A DNA stretch of 64,000 nucleotides from Myxococcales bacterium (GCA_020633325.1 JACKDX010000001.1:1587301-1651300); one strand, 5' to 3'; shown: positions 18,479-28,580, numbered from the stretch's first letter. Notes: generated by a model from the sequence alone, not told the origin. Translations and numbers: made by a program.

Positions 18479-18990
18479 TGGCTTTTCGTATGGCTCAGAG
18501 CGAACTGGTGACGTTGGACGAGCTTACAGTTGATGCTCTCGCTTTGCCTTTTTTTGAGGACGAACGGCCGCTCCGCAAAACGGCCGGTCTCGTAGACTGG
18601 CGGCTCTGTGGAAGGTTGTCGCGGCTGATGCTTCGTGATTGTGTCACGGGCAAGCTTGGCGAAACAACGCTCGTGGCTACCGAAAAAAAGTTCCCATTTT
18701 TGCGGCTTTTTTTGCTCGGTTGCGGACCCTCGAGCCAATGGGACGACCGCCGGGAATGGTGCATTCTCAAACAATGTCTCGATACGCTTGAGGCCGCCAA
18801 AATTCGCGCCTTCGCCATAGCCCTGCCAGGGCGAAGCCTCGAACTTGTCGATTTGGCCGACGCGCGGGCGCGTTTTTTGGCAACGCTCTCAGAGCGTCGG
18901 TTATTTACCGACGTTGTGATTGTCGAGGCGTCCGAGGCGCTAAGAAGTTTGCCACCGGCCACCAGAAGTCAGAGAGTCCACGAATACTAG
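18478..18990 (+). CDS. hypothetical protein resembling the N-terminal domain of M17 leucyl aminopeptidases
   Basis: ORF trimmed to MAFRMAQSEL... (TAATG overlap with the nusB stop). The pattern ALALPFFEDE...GKLGETTLV...RLFLLGCG resembles Peptidase_M17_N. No catalytic domain is present. Confidence 0.5.
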   Translation: MAFRMAQSELVTLDELTVDALALPFFEDERPLRKTAGLVDWRLCGRLSRLMLRDCVTGKLGETTLVATEKKFPFLRLFLLGCGPSSQWDDRREWCILKQCLDTLEAAKIRAFAIALPGRSLELVDLADARARFLATLSERRLFTDVVIVEASEALRSLPPATRSQRVHEY

Positions 18991-19000
18991 TTGTTCAGTC

Positions 19001-19546
19001 ATGATTTCTTTTCACAAGATCGCTGCGATAGTGAAGACCCGGGTTTTGGGGGTTGAAGACACGCCACATCGCATCGCACTCAGCGTCTTTTTAGGATTTT
19101 TTGTAGGATGCACGCCGCTCATCGGCATCCACACTATTCTGTATCTGGGATTAGTAGCAGCGTGCCGCGCGAATAAGGTTGCCGGACTGCCTGCGGTGTT
19201 CGTCACCAACCCAATTACCGCTATCCCGGTGTATTATGCATTCTGGAAGCTCGGGTCGTGGGTTCTGCACGGGCGCGTGCCGGAGCGGGTCATTCATCAC
19301 GCTAACGCCCACGCTTCCCCCGACTCCGGCAGCGGTTTTTATCGCTATTTGGAGCTCGAGCAGTGGATCAGGCTCTGGAATAAGCTCATGGGTTTAGGCG
19401 CCGAAGTGTGGGTGGGCTCCATGATCGTTGGACTGTCAGTGGGTTTTGTCGCATATGTCGTGACGTACCGCATGGTCATAGCGTATAGGACGCACAAGCA
19501 TCGCCACGATGGTGAGGCAGCTGAGCACGTCAGTCATGGACTATAA
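19001..19546 (+). CDS. DUF2062-family membrane protein
   Basis: Pattern TPHRIALSVFLGFFVGCTPLIGIHT...VTNPITAIPVYYAFWKLG with three TM helices, typical of DUF2062. Confidence 0.7.
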   Translation: MISFHKIAAIVKTRVLGVEDTPHRIALSVFLGFFVGCTPLIGIHTILYLGLVAACRANKVAGLPAVFVTNPITAIPVYYAFWKLGSWVLHGRVPERVIHHANAHASPDSGSGFYRYLELEQWIRLWNKLMGLGAEVWVGSMIVGLSVGFVAYVVTYRMVIAYRTHKHRHDGEAAEHVSHGL

Positions 19547-22373
19547 GAATACGATACGCCTGCCGCGGACTGCATTCCCGATGCGCGCCAATCTGGCTCA
19601 ACGAGAACCCGCCATTCTCGCCCAGTGGTCGGAACGGGAGGTTTACAAAAAGCAGGTGGCGGAGCTTACGGATTCCGATCGATACGTCTTTCACGACGGG
19701 CCACCTTACGCGAATGGACATCTTCACTACGGCACTGTCTTCAACAAAATCTTGAAGGATATTGTTATCAAGTACCAAGGGCTCAGGGGGCGTAAGGTTA
19801 GGTTCGTTCCCGGCTGGGACTGTCATGGCTTGCCCATCGAGCTTAATGTCGAACGGCGCATGGGCCGTGACAAGGCCCAAACAATTTCCGTAACATCGCT
19901 ACGCAAGGCGTGCCGCGACGAGGCCGAGAAGTGGGTGGCTGTTCAGCGGGAAGAATTCAAACGTTTGGGGGTGTTCGGGTATTGGGAGGAGCCGTATCTC
20001 ACGCTTCATCCGCGCTATGAACAAGGCGTGCTGAAAATCCTTGCCGCCTGCCTTTCGCAGGGCATTGTCGAGCGAGGGAAAAAGCCGGTTTACTGGTGTG
20101 GACATTGCCAGACCGCGCTGGCCGAGGCCGAGGTCGAGTACGCGGAACACACATCACCGAGCATTTACGTCAAGTTTCCCCTATCGCAGCCCGAGTCAGA
20201 GAGAGTGGCGCGGCAGATGGGTTTTGCGACCTCGGGGGATAAGCCGCTCTACGCGATGATCTGGACGACCACACCATGGACCTTGCCGGCAAACCTCGCC
20301 ATTGCGGTACACCCCGAGTATCAATATGTGGCGGTCGATGTGGGCAAGGAGCTGTGGCTCCTTGCGCAAGAGCGGCTAGGCGCAGTTGCCCAGGCCACTG
20401 GGGTGACGGCGACATGCGTGGGAAGCCCCATCAAGGGTGATGCGCTTCTGGGGACGGTGGCCCAGCATCCGTTCGAGGAGCGCGATTCCCCGCTGTTGGC
20501 CGCAGACTATGTAACCCTTGATGCAGGGACAGGCCTTGTGCACACTGCGCCGGGTCACGGCATAGAGGATTACGTCCTAGGTCAGCAACACGGACTTGAG
20601 CCATTTGCTCCGGTGGACGATGCTGCATGCTTTACCGACGAGGTGCGCGACGCGTGGCGTAAACGGCCCGTGATCTCGGTCAACCAAGACATCGTACGAT
20701 TCCTCGCTGAGGCGGGGCGCTTGGGCAACGCCGAGGGCGACAGCGTGCAGCATAGCTATCCACATTGTTGGCGCTGCAAACACCCCGTGATCTTCCGTGC
20801 GACGACTCAATGGTTCGTGCTGCTTGACAAGCCCATGAGAAAAGATCCGCAGCACAGGACGTTGCGCCAAGCCGCGATGACCGCAATCGGTGAGGTAAAC
20901 TGGGTACCAGCGTGGGGACGAGATCGCATTGAGGGCATGGTGAGTCAGCGGCCTGATTGGTGCATCTCCAGACAGCGCCGGTGGGGCGTGCCGATCCCCG
21001 CCTTTTACTGCGACGGTTGTGGTGAGGCGTTGCTCGATACAGAGACGGTGCGGCATGTGGCAGAACTCTTCGGCGCGCACGGCTCGGACATATGGTTCGA
21101 AAAACCGGCAATAGAGCTAGTGCCCGAGGGGCAGCGCTGCTCACATTGCCAAGGACAACACTTCAGCAAGGATCAGAGCATTCTAGATGTATGGTTCGAG
21201 TCAGGGGCGTCTTTCGAACCTGTCTTGCAAAGTGACGCCTATGGAATGGGGGAGGCGGTTCCGGCCGACCTGTATTTGGAGGGGTCCGATCAACACCGCG
21301 GCTGGTTTCACAGCGCACTGTTATTGTCCGCAGCCTCACGAGGGCATGCGCCCTATAAACGCGTGCTTACACACGGTTTCGTCTGTGATGATCAAGGCAG
21401 GCCTTACTCGAAAAGCGAGATTCGACGTCGACAAGAAGCCGGAGAAAAGATCGAGTACGTCGAACCCAATGTCGTGGTCAAGCAAAAGGGCGCTGAGCTC
21501 TTACGGGCATGGGCCGCATCACAAGACTATCGAACCGATCCGCGCTATTCAGAGGTGCATCTTGGACAAGCTTCCGACAGTTACTTTAAACTGAGGAACA
21601 CGCTTCGATTCTTACTTGGCAATCTAGATGGCTACGATGGAAAGCCCGGCGAGTACATCGAACCTTTGGACGCCTGGGCCAAGGCGCGTATGCGGGCTTA
21701 TATGCAGGCCGCCGTAGATGCGTATGACGCGTACGATTTTCGGAGGGTCTTTCAGATCACTCTGGAGCTATCTGTAGGAGAATGGTCCGCGTTTTATCTC
21801 GATGTGATCAAAGATCGCCTTTACTGTGACGATGTTAACTCTCCTCGGCGGCGCTCCGGCCAGGCGACGTTGGAAATGATCGCTCGGGGCATGCTAACGG
21901 TGCTCGCCCCCATTTTGTGCTTCACCGCTGAGGAAGCTTGGGGCTTTTTGCCACAAGAAAAGGGTCGGTCGGTCTTCCTAGAAGGCCACCTTGAGCGTCC
22001 CCAGTTGTCGGAGGCCGACATACAGTTGCTGGATGCGGGCCGGGTGCTGCAACGAATTCGTGATACAGTCAACGCGGCGATGGAGCCGCTCGTAAGAGAC
22101 AAATCGCTGGCACATCGCAGAGAAGCGAGCGTAAGCCTGGGGCTTCCCGCTTTGGACCTCGCGGCGATTAAGCGGATTACAGGCGACGTCGCAGAAGTGC
22201 TTGCTGTGGCAGAGGTAACCACCTTCGAAGCAGAGTGCCTAACCGCTTCGGTCAGCCAAACTACTCATCCAAGATGTCAACGCTGCTGGAGGCATCGGCG
22301 CCAGGCAGGGACAGATGTGAAGGAACTATGTGATCGTTGTGCAAAGGTGATGGAGACATGGGAGAGCAATTAA
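19536..22373 (+). CDS. ileS: isoleucyl-tRNA synthetase
   Basis: Starts MDYKNTIRLPRTAFPMRAN. HIGH-type motif PPYANGHLHYG, KMSKS-like YSKS, and a C-terminal zinc-finger-like CQRCW...CDRC. Confidence 0.95.
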   Translation: MDYKNTIRLPRTAFPMRANLAQREPAILAQWSEREVYKKQVAELTDSDRYVFHDGPPYANGHLHYGTVFNKILKDIVIKYQGLRGRKVRFVPGWDCHGLPIELNVERRMGRDKAQTISVTSLRKACRDEAEKWVAVQREEFKRLGVFGYWEEPYLTLHPRYEQGVLKILAACLSQGIVERGKKPVYWCGHCQTALAEAEVEYAEHTSPSIYVKFPLSQPESERVARQMGFATSGDKPLYAMIWTTTPWTLPANLAIAVHPEYQYVAVDVGKELWLLAQERLGAVAQATGVTATCVGSPIKGDALLGTVAQHPFEERDSPLLAADYVTLDAGTGLVHTAPGHGIEDYVLGQQHGLEPFAPVDDAACFTDEVRDAWRKRPVISVNQDIVRFLAEAGRLGNAEGDSVQHSYPHCWRCKHPVIFRATTQWFVLLDKPMRKDPQHRTLRQAAMTAIGEVNWVPAWGRDRIEGMVSQRPDWCISRQRRWGVPIPAFYCDGCGEALLDTETVRHVAELFGAHGSDIWFEKPAIELVPEGQRCSHCQGQHFSKDQSILDVWFESGASFEPVLQSDAYGMGEAVPADLYLEGSDQHRGWFHSALLLSAASRGHAPYKRVLTHGFVCDDQGRPYSKSEIRRRQEAGEKIEYVEPNVVVKQKGAELLRAWAASQDYRTDPRYSEVHLGQASDSYFKLRNTLRFLLGNLDGYDGKPGEYIEPLDAWAKARMRAYMQAAVDAYDAYDFRRVFQITLELSVGEWSAFYLDVIKDRLYCDDVNSPRRRSGQATLEMIARGMLTVLAPILCFTAEEAWGFLPQEKGRSVFLEGHLERPQLSEADIQLLDAGRVLQRIRDTVNAAMEPLVRDKSLAHRREASVSLGLPALDLAAIKRITGDVAEVLAVAEVTTFEAECLTASVSQTTHPRCQRCWRHRRQAGTDVKELCDRCAKVMETWESN

Positions 22374-22954
22374 TTCCTCGATCCAAACGGGCGGTTATTT
22401 GGTGCGTCATCGCCATCGCGTTGCTGACAGCGTTCGACTTGGGCACCAAAGCATGGGCCTTAGGCGCATTGTCGGAACCCCGCCCTGAGCTTGATACCCC
22501 CGCATGCGAACACGATTTCGCGGGGCATGTGCCAGTCCAACGTTTTCGCACGGCACCCATCGTTCTCATCGAGGGCTACCTCGAGTTTCGCTACGCTGAG
22601 AACTGCGCAGCGGCATTCAGTATGCTCAAAGACACGCCTCTGTTGTTCAGACGCGTGTTATTTTCACTCGCCGCGGTTTTGGCGATCATCATGTTGATGT
22701 GGATGTTCATCAAAGGACATGGTGCACGGTGGTTTGCCTGGAGCGTTCCATTTATTCTCTCGGGCGCATTAGGGAATCTCATCGACCGGCTGCGTCTGGG
22801 GTATGTGGTTGATTTCATTAGGTTTCACTTGCGAAGCGGCTTTGAGTGGCCGACATTCAACGTGGCGGACGCCGCCATTACAATCGGCGTGATCATGCTC
22901 CTTATTGATGGGTTGACGTCGCAGGCGCAAAGGAAACGCGGCGAGCCAGTATGA
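22358..22954 (+). CDS. lspA: lipoprotein signal peptidase II
   Basis: Motifs NLIDRLRLGYVVDF and FNVADAAI with four TM segments. Conserved position after ileS. Confidence 0.88.
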   Translation: MGEQLIPRSKRAVIWCVIAIALLTAFDLGTKAWALGALSEPRPELDTPACEHDFAGHVPVQRFRTAPIVLIEGYLEFRYAENCAAAFSMLKDTPLLFRRVLFSLAAVLAIIMLMWMFIKGHGARWFAWSVPFILSGALGNLIDRLRLGYVVDFIRFHLRSGFEWPTFNVADAAITIGVIMLLIDGLTSQAQRKRGEPV

Positions 22955-23814
22955 CCGCCCATATCATTGATGGGAAGACCCTGGCCCGGGATGTGCGCGC
23001 CGATCTGGCGTTGGCGGCCGAACGCTTTTCCGAGCAGCATGGCCGAAAGCCGGGTCTCGATGTCGTTCTAATCGGGGATAATCCCGCATCCCAGGTTTAT
23101 GTCCGTAACAAGGAAGTTGCGGCTCGCCACACGGGGTTTCGTGGCAACGTGCATCGTTGGTCTGCTCAAGTTTCTGAAGAAGAGGTGTTAAGAATCGTTG
23201 GCGAGCTCAACAACGACAAATTGGTGGATGGCATCTTGGTGCAACTTCCATTGCCAGCGCATCTTGATGCGGCCCGCATTTTGCGTATGTTGGATCCTCT
23301 GAAAGATGTGGATGGGCTGCATCCGCTTAACGTGGGACTGCTGATGCGGGGAGAGCTCGGACTTAGGCCCTGCACGCCTCAAGGGTGCATGGCGCTCCTC
23401 GATAGCCTAGGTTGCGATCTGACAGGCAAACAGGCGCTCGTTGTGGGCCGTAGTAATCTGGTGGGCAAGCCAGTCGCGTTGATGCTTCTCGAACGACACG
23501 CCACGGTGAGCATCGCCCACTCTCGCACACGCAATTTGTCCGAGCACGTAAGTCGCGCGGACGTGGTGATCGCCGCAGTCGGGATCGCGGAAATGATCAA
23601 GGGTGCTTGGATCAAGCCCGGAGCTATTGTCCTGGATGTGGGAATAAATCGTGACGCCCAGGGCAGGTTGGTGGGTGATGTGGAGTTTGACGAAGCCAAG
23701 ATGCGCGCGGCATTCATCACTCCTGTTCCGGGCGGCGTCGGCCCCATGACGATTGCGATGTTGCTAGCCAACACCCTAAAAGCGGCGCAGGCTCGTTTGG
23801 ATCAATCCGGATAA
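22951..23814 (+). CDS. folD: bifunctional methylenetetrahydrofolate dehydrogenase/cyclohydrolase
   Basis: Motifs GDNPASQVYVRNK, ILVQLPLP, GRSNLVGKP and PVPGGVGPMT. ATGA overlap with lspA. Confidence 0.95.
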   Translation: MTAHIIDGKTLARDVRADLALAAERFSEQHGRKPGLDVVLIGDNPASQVYVRNKEVAARHTGFRGNVHRWSAQVSEEEVLRIVGELNNDKLVDGILVQLPLPAHLDAARILRMLDPLKDVDGLHPLNVGLLMRGELGLRPCTPQGCMALLDSLGCDLTGKQALVVGRSNLVGKPVALMLLERHATVSIAHSRTRNLSEHVSRADVVIAAVGIAEMIKGAWIKPGAIVLDVGINRDAQGRLVGDVEFDEAKMRAAFITPVPGGVGPMTIAMLLANTLKAAQARLDQSG

Positions 23815-23832
23815 GCGCGCGGGCAGGCGCGA

Positions 23833-24720
23833 CTACGATGCCGGGTGATCAAGCGTAGGGATACGCTTTAAGATGGCGTCGAGTTCGTCATAGCTCCCGT
23901 AAGATATGGAGATGCGTCCGCGCCCATGCCGATCGATGACGGCGACTTTCGTGCCCATCGCGCGCGAGAGACGCGTCTCAAGATCGCGAACATTGGCCGA
24001 GGCGTTAATCGAGCGCATCCCAGTTGCTCTCGGTGGCTCGGTCGCCCGGCGAACCTCCCGCTCGGTCTCCCGAACGCTCCATCGTCTGATCACGGCCTCC
24101 TTGGCCATGGTCTGCATCTGTTCCTGGCTGCTTAGCCCCAAAAGCGCACGCCCATGGCCTTCTGTTAGCTCTCCAGTTTCGAGCCTGCTCAGCACTGCGG
24201 GCGGCAATTTCAGAAGGCGAACCGCGTTCGCAATGGTTGACCGGTTTTTGCCGATCCGTTTTGCCATGGACTCCTGCGTATGCCCGAAGTCTTCGAGCAG
24301 CCTCTGAAACGCCCGCGCGGTCTCGACGGGCCCGAGCTCTTCGCGTTGAATGTTCTCGACGAGCGCGGCTTCAAATGCTTGTTTATCGGTAAGCTCACGT
24401 ACAAATACCGGCACCTTGAGCATGCCGGCACGCTGAGCGGCACGCCATCTCCGCTCGCCCGCAACGATGTTGTAACCGCCTTCAACCCGCTTGCGAACAA
24501 GAAGCGGTTCCAGTATGCCAAGCTCCCTAATCGATTCTGCGAGTTCCTCAAGCGCACTATCGTCAAAGAGCCCGCGGGGCTGATGATGGCTGGGATAAAG
24601 ATCCTCCACCGGGAGCTGTAGCGTGCTACCAGCTGTGCCCGGCGAAGACGCCTGGGGAAGCAACGCATCGAGCCCGCGCCCTAAGGGCCGTCGTTTTGGA
24701 GCTTTTGCCGGATCCATCAT
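23833..24720 (-). CDS. parB: chromosome partitioning protein ParB
   Basis: ParB box GERRWRAAQRAG, an HTH region and a C-terminal dimerisation region. TAATG overlap with parA. Confidence 0.93.
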   Translation of the reverse strand: MMDPAKAPKRRPLGRGLDALLPQASSPGTAGSTLQLPVEDLYPSHHQPRGLFDDSALEELAESIRELGILEPLLVRKRVEGGYNIVAGERRWRAAQRAGMLKVPVFVRELTDKQAFEAALVENIQREELGPVETARAFQRLLEDFGHTQESMAKRIGKNRSTIANAVRLLKLPPAVLSRLETGELTEGHGRALLGLSSQEQMQTMAKEAVIRRWSVRETEREVRRATEPPRATGMRSINASANVRDLETRLSRAMGTKVAVIDRHGRGRISISYGSYDELDAILKRIPTLDHPAS

Positions 24721-25493
24721 TAGGCCGCCGCCCGTGGCGTCGGGCCGCTTAGGATTTCGCGCGCCAAGTTGAGGTAGCCGGCGGAGCCTTTGGAGGCCGC
24801 ATCGTAAAGGATGATAGGCTTTCCGTAGGAAGGCGCTTCGGCGAGCCGGATATTGCGCGGTATAACAGTGTCGTAAACATGAAAATGTTTTCGAAGTTCG
24901 TTGGCCACCTCTGATGACAAGTTGCTCCTTGGGTCAAACATGCAGAGAAGTACCCCGTCAATACGCAAACTCGGATTGAAAGATCCGCGTACCCTCTCGA
25001 CGGTGTTCATGAGTTGGGAGAGCCCTTCGAGCGCGTAGTACTCGCATTGCATCGGCACCAGCACCGCATCGGCGGCGACGAGCGCGTTTATGGTGAGGAT
25101 TCCCAGGGACGGGGGGCAGTCGATGATGATGTAGTCGTATCGACCGCGCAGGGCGCTGACGATTTCCTTCAGGCGCGAGGAACGATCCTCGACGTTAGCA
25201 AACTCGAGCTCAATGGCAGCCAGGTCCGCTGAGGCCGTAATCAGTTCCAGATTTGGCAAGTCCGAAGGCACGATGGCTTCATCCAGCCCCAGCCCGCCTT
25301 GCAGAAGCCCATAGGTCCCCTCAAGGCCCCCTTTCGGGTCTCGGCCTAGTCCGCTGGTGGCGTTGCCCTGGGGATCCATGTCGATGAGAAGCACCCGCTG
25401 TTCAGCCACCGCCAGGCTCGCCGAGAGGTTGACGGCTGTCGTGGTTTTGCCGACCCCGCCTTTTTGGTTGGCGATCGCAACAACGTAGGTCAC
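24720..25493 (-). CDS. parA: chromosome partitioning ATPase ParA/Soj
   Basis: Deviant Walker A NQKGGVGKTTT, plus IDMDPQGN and IIIDCPPSLG. Confidence 0.95.
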   Translation of the reverse strand: MTYVVAIANQKGGVGKTTTAVNLSASLAVAEQRVLLIDMDPQGNATSGLGRDPKGGLEGTYGLLQGGLGLDEAIVPSDLPNLELITASADLAAIELEFANVEDRSSRLKEIVSALRGRYDYIIIDCPPSLGILTINALVAADAVLVPMQCEYYALEGLSQLMNTVERVRGSFNPSLRIDGVLLCMFDPRSNLSSEVANELRKHFHVYDTVIPRNIRLAEAPSYGKPIILYDAASKGSAGYLNLAREILSGPTPRAAA

Positions 25494-25647
25494 CCCTCGC
25501 TATTAGCAGGGTGTGAACGAGGATTCAATGTGCCTTTTTTTTGCCGCGCAGAGAGGAGGTGGTAGAGTGTCACCAGATGTAGGATAACGTATGCAATGTA
25601 GGTAATGTATAGCACCCCCCTTGGCGTGCTCAGGAAGGCAAGGATTC

Positions 25648-25815
25648 ATGCGCGGGCCCAAAACATACCGAAGTATCGAAGAGTTTGAGCGCGAAGAGAT
25701 TCGCCCCTCGAGTAAGATCGGTTTCTCGTTGGACGATCTTTATCAGGAAGCCACCTTCAACACGGAGCAAGAATTCGGCAAAGAAGATCCCAAAGAGCTC
25801 GACTTCGAATCCTAA
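25648..25815 (+). CDS. small acidic hypothetical protein (55 aa)
   Basis: ATG 25648 follows GGAAGGCAAGGA. Sequence MRGPKTYRSIEEFEREEIRP...KELDFES. A strong terminator lies about 70 nt downstream. Confidence 0.45.
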   Translation: MRGPKTYRSIEEFEREEIRPSSKIGFSLDDLYQEATFNTEQEFGKEDPKELDFES

Positions 25816-25887
25816 GCGCTCTTTGCGCCTCGAAATCTTAGACTACATCCCTAGCAGGATGGCTGCTCCGTGCTTACCCTCACGGGG

Positions 25888-25928
25888 CAAAAAAGGCTCG
25901 ACATCTCCCCGTCGGGCCTTTTTATTTT
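25888..25928. terminator. bidirectional rho-independent terminator
   Basis: A-run, 9-bp stem AGGCTCGAC / GTCGGGCCT (one G-T pair), 8-nt loop, then TTTTATTTT. It lies between two convergent small ORFs. Confidence 0.65.
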
Positions 25929-25980
25929 CGTCTCCGAGCACGATGTGTGTCCACATCGCACAGCCCCAGCGCCTGTTTTC

Positions 25981-26172
25981 TCAGCCGGCAATCCGGGGAA
26001 TCCAGGTAGCAGCGGTGACGATGATACCAAGCGCGATGCCGAGCACGACCACACCAAATGCGATGAGCTTTGGTCCAGTCCACGTGTCGCTTTGCCTTAC
26101 GAAACGCTCTTCGTACTTGTCGGTCATGCTCGCCCTAGTGCCACGTTTAGATGGTGACGTCAATCGAAGCAT
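25981..26172 (-). CDS. small single-TM hypothetical protein (start uncertain: 26172 or 26127)
   Basis: One clear TM helix (LIAFGVVVLGIALGIIVTAATWI). It ends 53 nt before the bidirectional terminator. Shine-Dalgarno signals are weak for both candidate starts. Confidence 0.35.
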   Translation of the reverse strand: MLRLTSPSKRGTRASMTDKYEERFVRQSDTWTGPKLIAFGVVVLGIALGIIVTAATWIPRIAG

Positions 26173-26219
26173 GCTAAAGATTCCATCGCTTTGCCAGCGG
26201 GCGGAGGCGAGAGGGTAGC

Positions 26220-27695
26220 ATGTCCCAAGCGCTCGGAGAACACAGCTCAGTCTTCACACGTCCGAGCCGCCAGGAGCGCAACTACCACCGTTTGACCAAG
26301 GGGAAGCTGAGCTGGGGTGTGCTCAGATTTGGCATGCCCCTTGTCGTCGGGATGGCGCTCCATACGACGTTCAACCTCATCGACATGTTTATGATTAGCC
26401 GGCTCGAGGAGGGCACGGCTGGTCTTGCGGCCCTCGGGGTCTGCGACATGGTGGCCGCCCTCGCCACTATTATCTCCAACGGGGTTTCGACCGCGGCCGT
26501 CGCATTGATTTCTCGTCGCGTAGGGTCGCGGGATCAGAGAGGCATTCGGCGCGCAACCTGGCAGTCACTCTGGCTGGTTGGCGCATTTTCCCTCGGGTTC
26601 GGCCTGCTCGGGTTGATTGGCAGCGGGGTGATCATCAGGGACATCATGCAGGTCAAAGGCCTAGCCGCCGATCTCGCGGTCCCATATCTGCGCATTATGC
26701 TGGGGGGCAGTTTCGCGATCTTTTTCTTGTTGCAGATCACAGCGATATTGCGAGCGCTCGGCAGCGCCAAATCGGCAGCCACCTTGCTTGTAATGGGTAA
26801 CTTGCTCAATATCTTTCTAAACATTTTTTTCATTTACGGAGCCGGGCCCCGCCCCGAAGTGTTTGCATTTGCGCAACCCGTCGCAGAGTTTTTTGGAATT
26901 CCGCGCATGGGCGTGGTCGGGGCCGGCTGGGCTACACTGATTGGACGCACGGTGCCAGTATTAATCGGGGCGCTGCTTTTGACACGCCGGAGCGGTGGCC
27001 CGCGTTTTCATCTCATGTACTTGAAGCCTATGCGTGAGGAGTTGCTTGCGCTCTTCCGCATCGGTTGGCCGTCGAGTGCCCAGCTGATCGTGCGGGTGGG
27101 GGCGGTGTTGGTGTTCATTTCTCTCGTAAACGCGAATTACACCTCGGCCGGGGATCCAAGCGCCCTCACCGCATTTAGTATTTGTTTACGCCTCGAGACC
27201 ATGGTGCTTTTTCTCAGCATGGGCTGGGGCGCGGCAGCATCCACGTTCGTGGGCGCGAATCTGGGGGCGGGGCTACGGCCGAGGGCGCAACAGGCAGGTT
27301 GGATTGCGGCCTCGTTTAACTTCGTGTTGATGATCGCCCTTGTGGGGGTCTACATGCATTTCGCCGAACCCATCATCGGGTTTTTCGACCCCTCTCCCGA
27401 GGTGCTGACCATTGGCAAGGAGTATCTGCGCATCGTAGGGCTGAGCTATGGCGTATTGGGGGTGGCACTCGTGTTATCCCAGGCCATGACGGGAGCGGGC
27501 GCCACCCTCTCGAGTTTGGTCATCGATGGAGCGTTTTTGGTTTTCTTGGTCGTGCCCATGGCCATCATAGTCACCGAATATCTGGGCGCGCCTCGGCTCG
27601 CCTTGTGGACAACTATTGCGCTTGGGAACTTGATGGCTGCCGCCGCCTATACGCTGTGGTATGCACGGGGGGCATTCTTGGAAAAACAGGTGTAG
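26220..27695 (+). CDS. MATE-family efflux transporter
   Basis: About 12 TM helices. MATE-like N-terminus (LRFGMPLVVGMALHTTFNLIDMFMISRL) and an internally duplicated architecture. Confidence 0.88.
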   Translation: MSQALGEHSSVFTRPSRQERNYHRLTKGKLSWGVLRFGMPLVVGMALHTTFNLIDMFMISRLEEGTAGLAALGVCDMVAALATIISNGVSTAAVALISRRVGSRDQRGIRRATWQSLWLVGAFSLGFGLLGLIGSGVIIRDIMQVKGLAADLAVPYLRIMLGGSFAIFFLLQITAILRALGSAKSAATLLVMGNLLNIFLNIFFIYGAGPRPEVFAFAQPVAEFFGIPRMGVVGAGWATLIGRTVPVLIGALLLTRRSGGPRFHLMYLKPMREELLALFRIGWPSSAQLIVRVGAVLVFISLVNANYTSAGDPSALTAFSICLRLETMVLFLSMGWGAAASTFVGANLGAGLRPRAQQAGWIAASFNFVLMIALVGVYMHFAEPIIGFFDPSPEVLTIGKEYLRIVGLSYGVLGVALVLSQAMTGAGATLSSLVIDGAFLVFLVVPMAIIVTEYLGAPRLALWTTIALGNLMAAAAYTLWYARGAFLEKQV

Positions 27696-27704
27696 GGTTG
27701 TCCT

Positions 27705-28580
27705 ATGGGAGCTATTGAAATCCTGAATCAGCGCATGATTGAAGACATGCAGAAATCCTGCCGGATTGCCGCGGATGCGTTGGTGATGGTGGGTTCAAAA
27801 ATCCGTGCCGACATGAGCACCGAGGAAATCAACACCTTGGTCCATGAGTTTATCGTCGGCCTGGGCGCCCGCCCATCGCCGCTCAATTATCGCGGGTTCC
27901 CCAAGAGCGTTTGCACGAGCATCAATGAAGTGGTGTGTCACGGCATCCCGGGCTCTCAGGTGTTGCAGGACGGTGATATCATTAACGTCGATGTCACCTC
28001 TTATTTCCCTTTGAAAGGCGGGTATCATGGTGATACCAGCGCCATGTATTACGTCGGGACGCCCAGCGAGCAAGCTATCAAGGTGGTGGAGGTCGCGCGT
28101 CGCTGTCTTGAGCTTGGCATCGAGCAGGTCCGGCCGAATGGCCGCATCGGTGACATCGGTGCCGCCATTCAAGAATATGCAGAAGGCCAAGGGTGTTCGG
28201 TCGTACGCGATTTCGTTGGCCATGGGGTGGGTCGTGAGTTTCATATGGCGCCCCAGGTGCCACACTACGGCACGCGCGGAAGCGGCAAAAGGCTCAAGCC
28301 AGGAATGGTCTTCACCATTGAGCCGATGATCAACCTCGGTGATTACGCATGCGAAATTATGGACGACCAATGGACCGTGTTGACGAAAGACCGCTCGCTT
28401 TCTGCGCAGTTCGAGCATACCGTGCTGGTCACTGACACGGGATGCCGCGTGTTGACTGAACGTGATCAGGTCGTGGCGCACAGCGAGGATCTGCCTTGGT
28501 CTCAAGTGGGCCCACGCTCGGCACCGGCGGCGTTCAACAGGGGCCGAGAGCCACACGCGCTCAAGCAGGCAGCCCAGTAG
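27705..28580 (+). CDS. map: type I methionine aminopeptidase
   Basis: Metal-ligand motifs VCHGIP, DIINVDVT, GYHGDTS, FVGHGVG, FTIEP and FEHTVLVT. Confidence 0.95.
   Translation: MGAIEILNQRMIEDMQKSCRIAADALVMVGSKIRADMSTEEINTLVHEFIVGLGARPSPLNYRGFPKSVCTSINEVVCHGIPGSQVLQDGDIINVDVTSYFPLKGGYHGDTSAMYYVGTPSEQAIKVVEVARRCLELGIEQVRPNGRIGDIGAAIQEYAEGQGCSVVRDFVGHGVGREFHMAPQVPHYGTRGSGKRLKPGMVFTIEPMINLGDYACEIMDDQWTVLTKDRSLSAQFEHTVLVTDTGCRVLTERDQVVAHSEDLPWSQVGPRSAPAAFNRGREPHALKQAAQ

Noticed and set aside
23815-25647. parS centromere site near parAB
   Set aside because: I could not find a TGTTNCACGTGAAACA-like palindrome by eye in or around parAB. The CACGTG at about 45125 lacks the flanking symmetry. A pattern search should be run before concluding that parS is absent.
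26128-26150. TGGCAC on the minus strand just upstream of the small TM ORF, as a possible sigma-54 promoter
   Set aside because: The -12 GC is off by one position, and the element abuts the candidate ATG and so leaves no leader.
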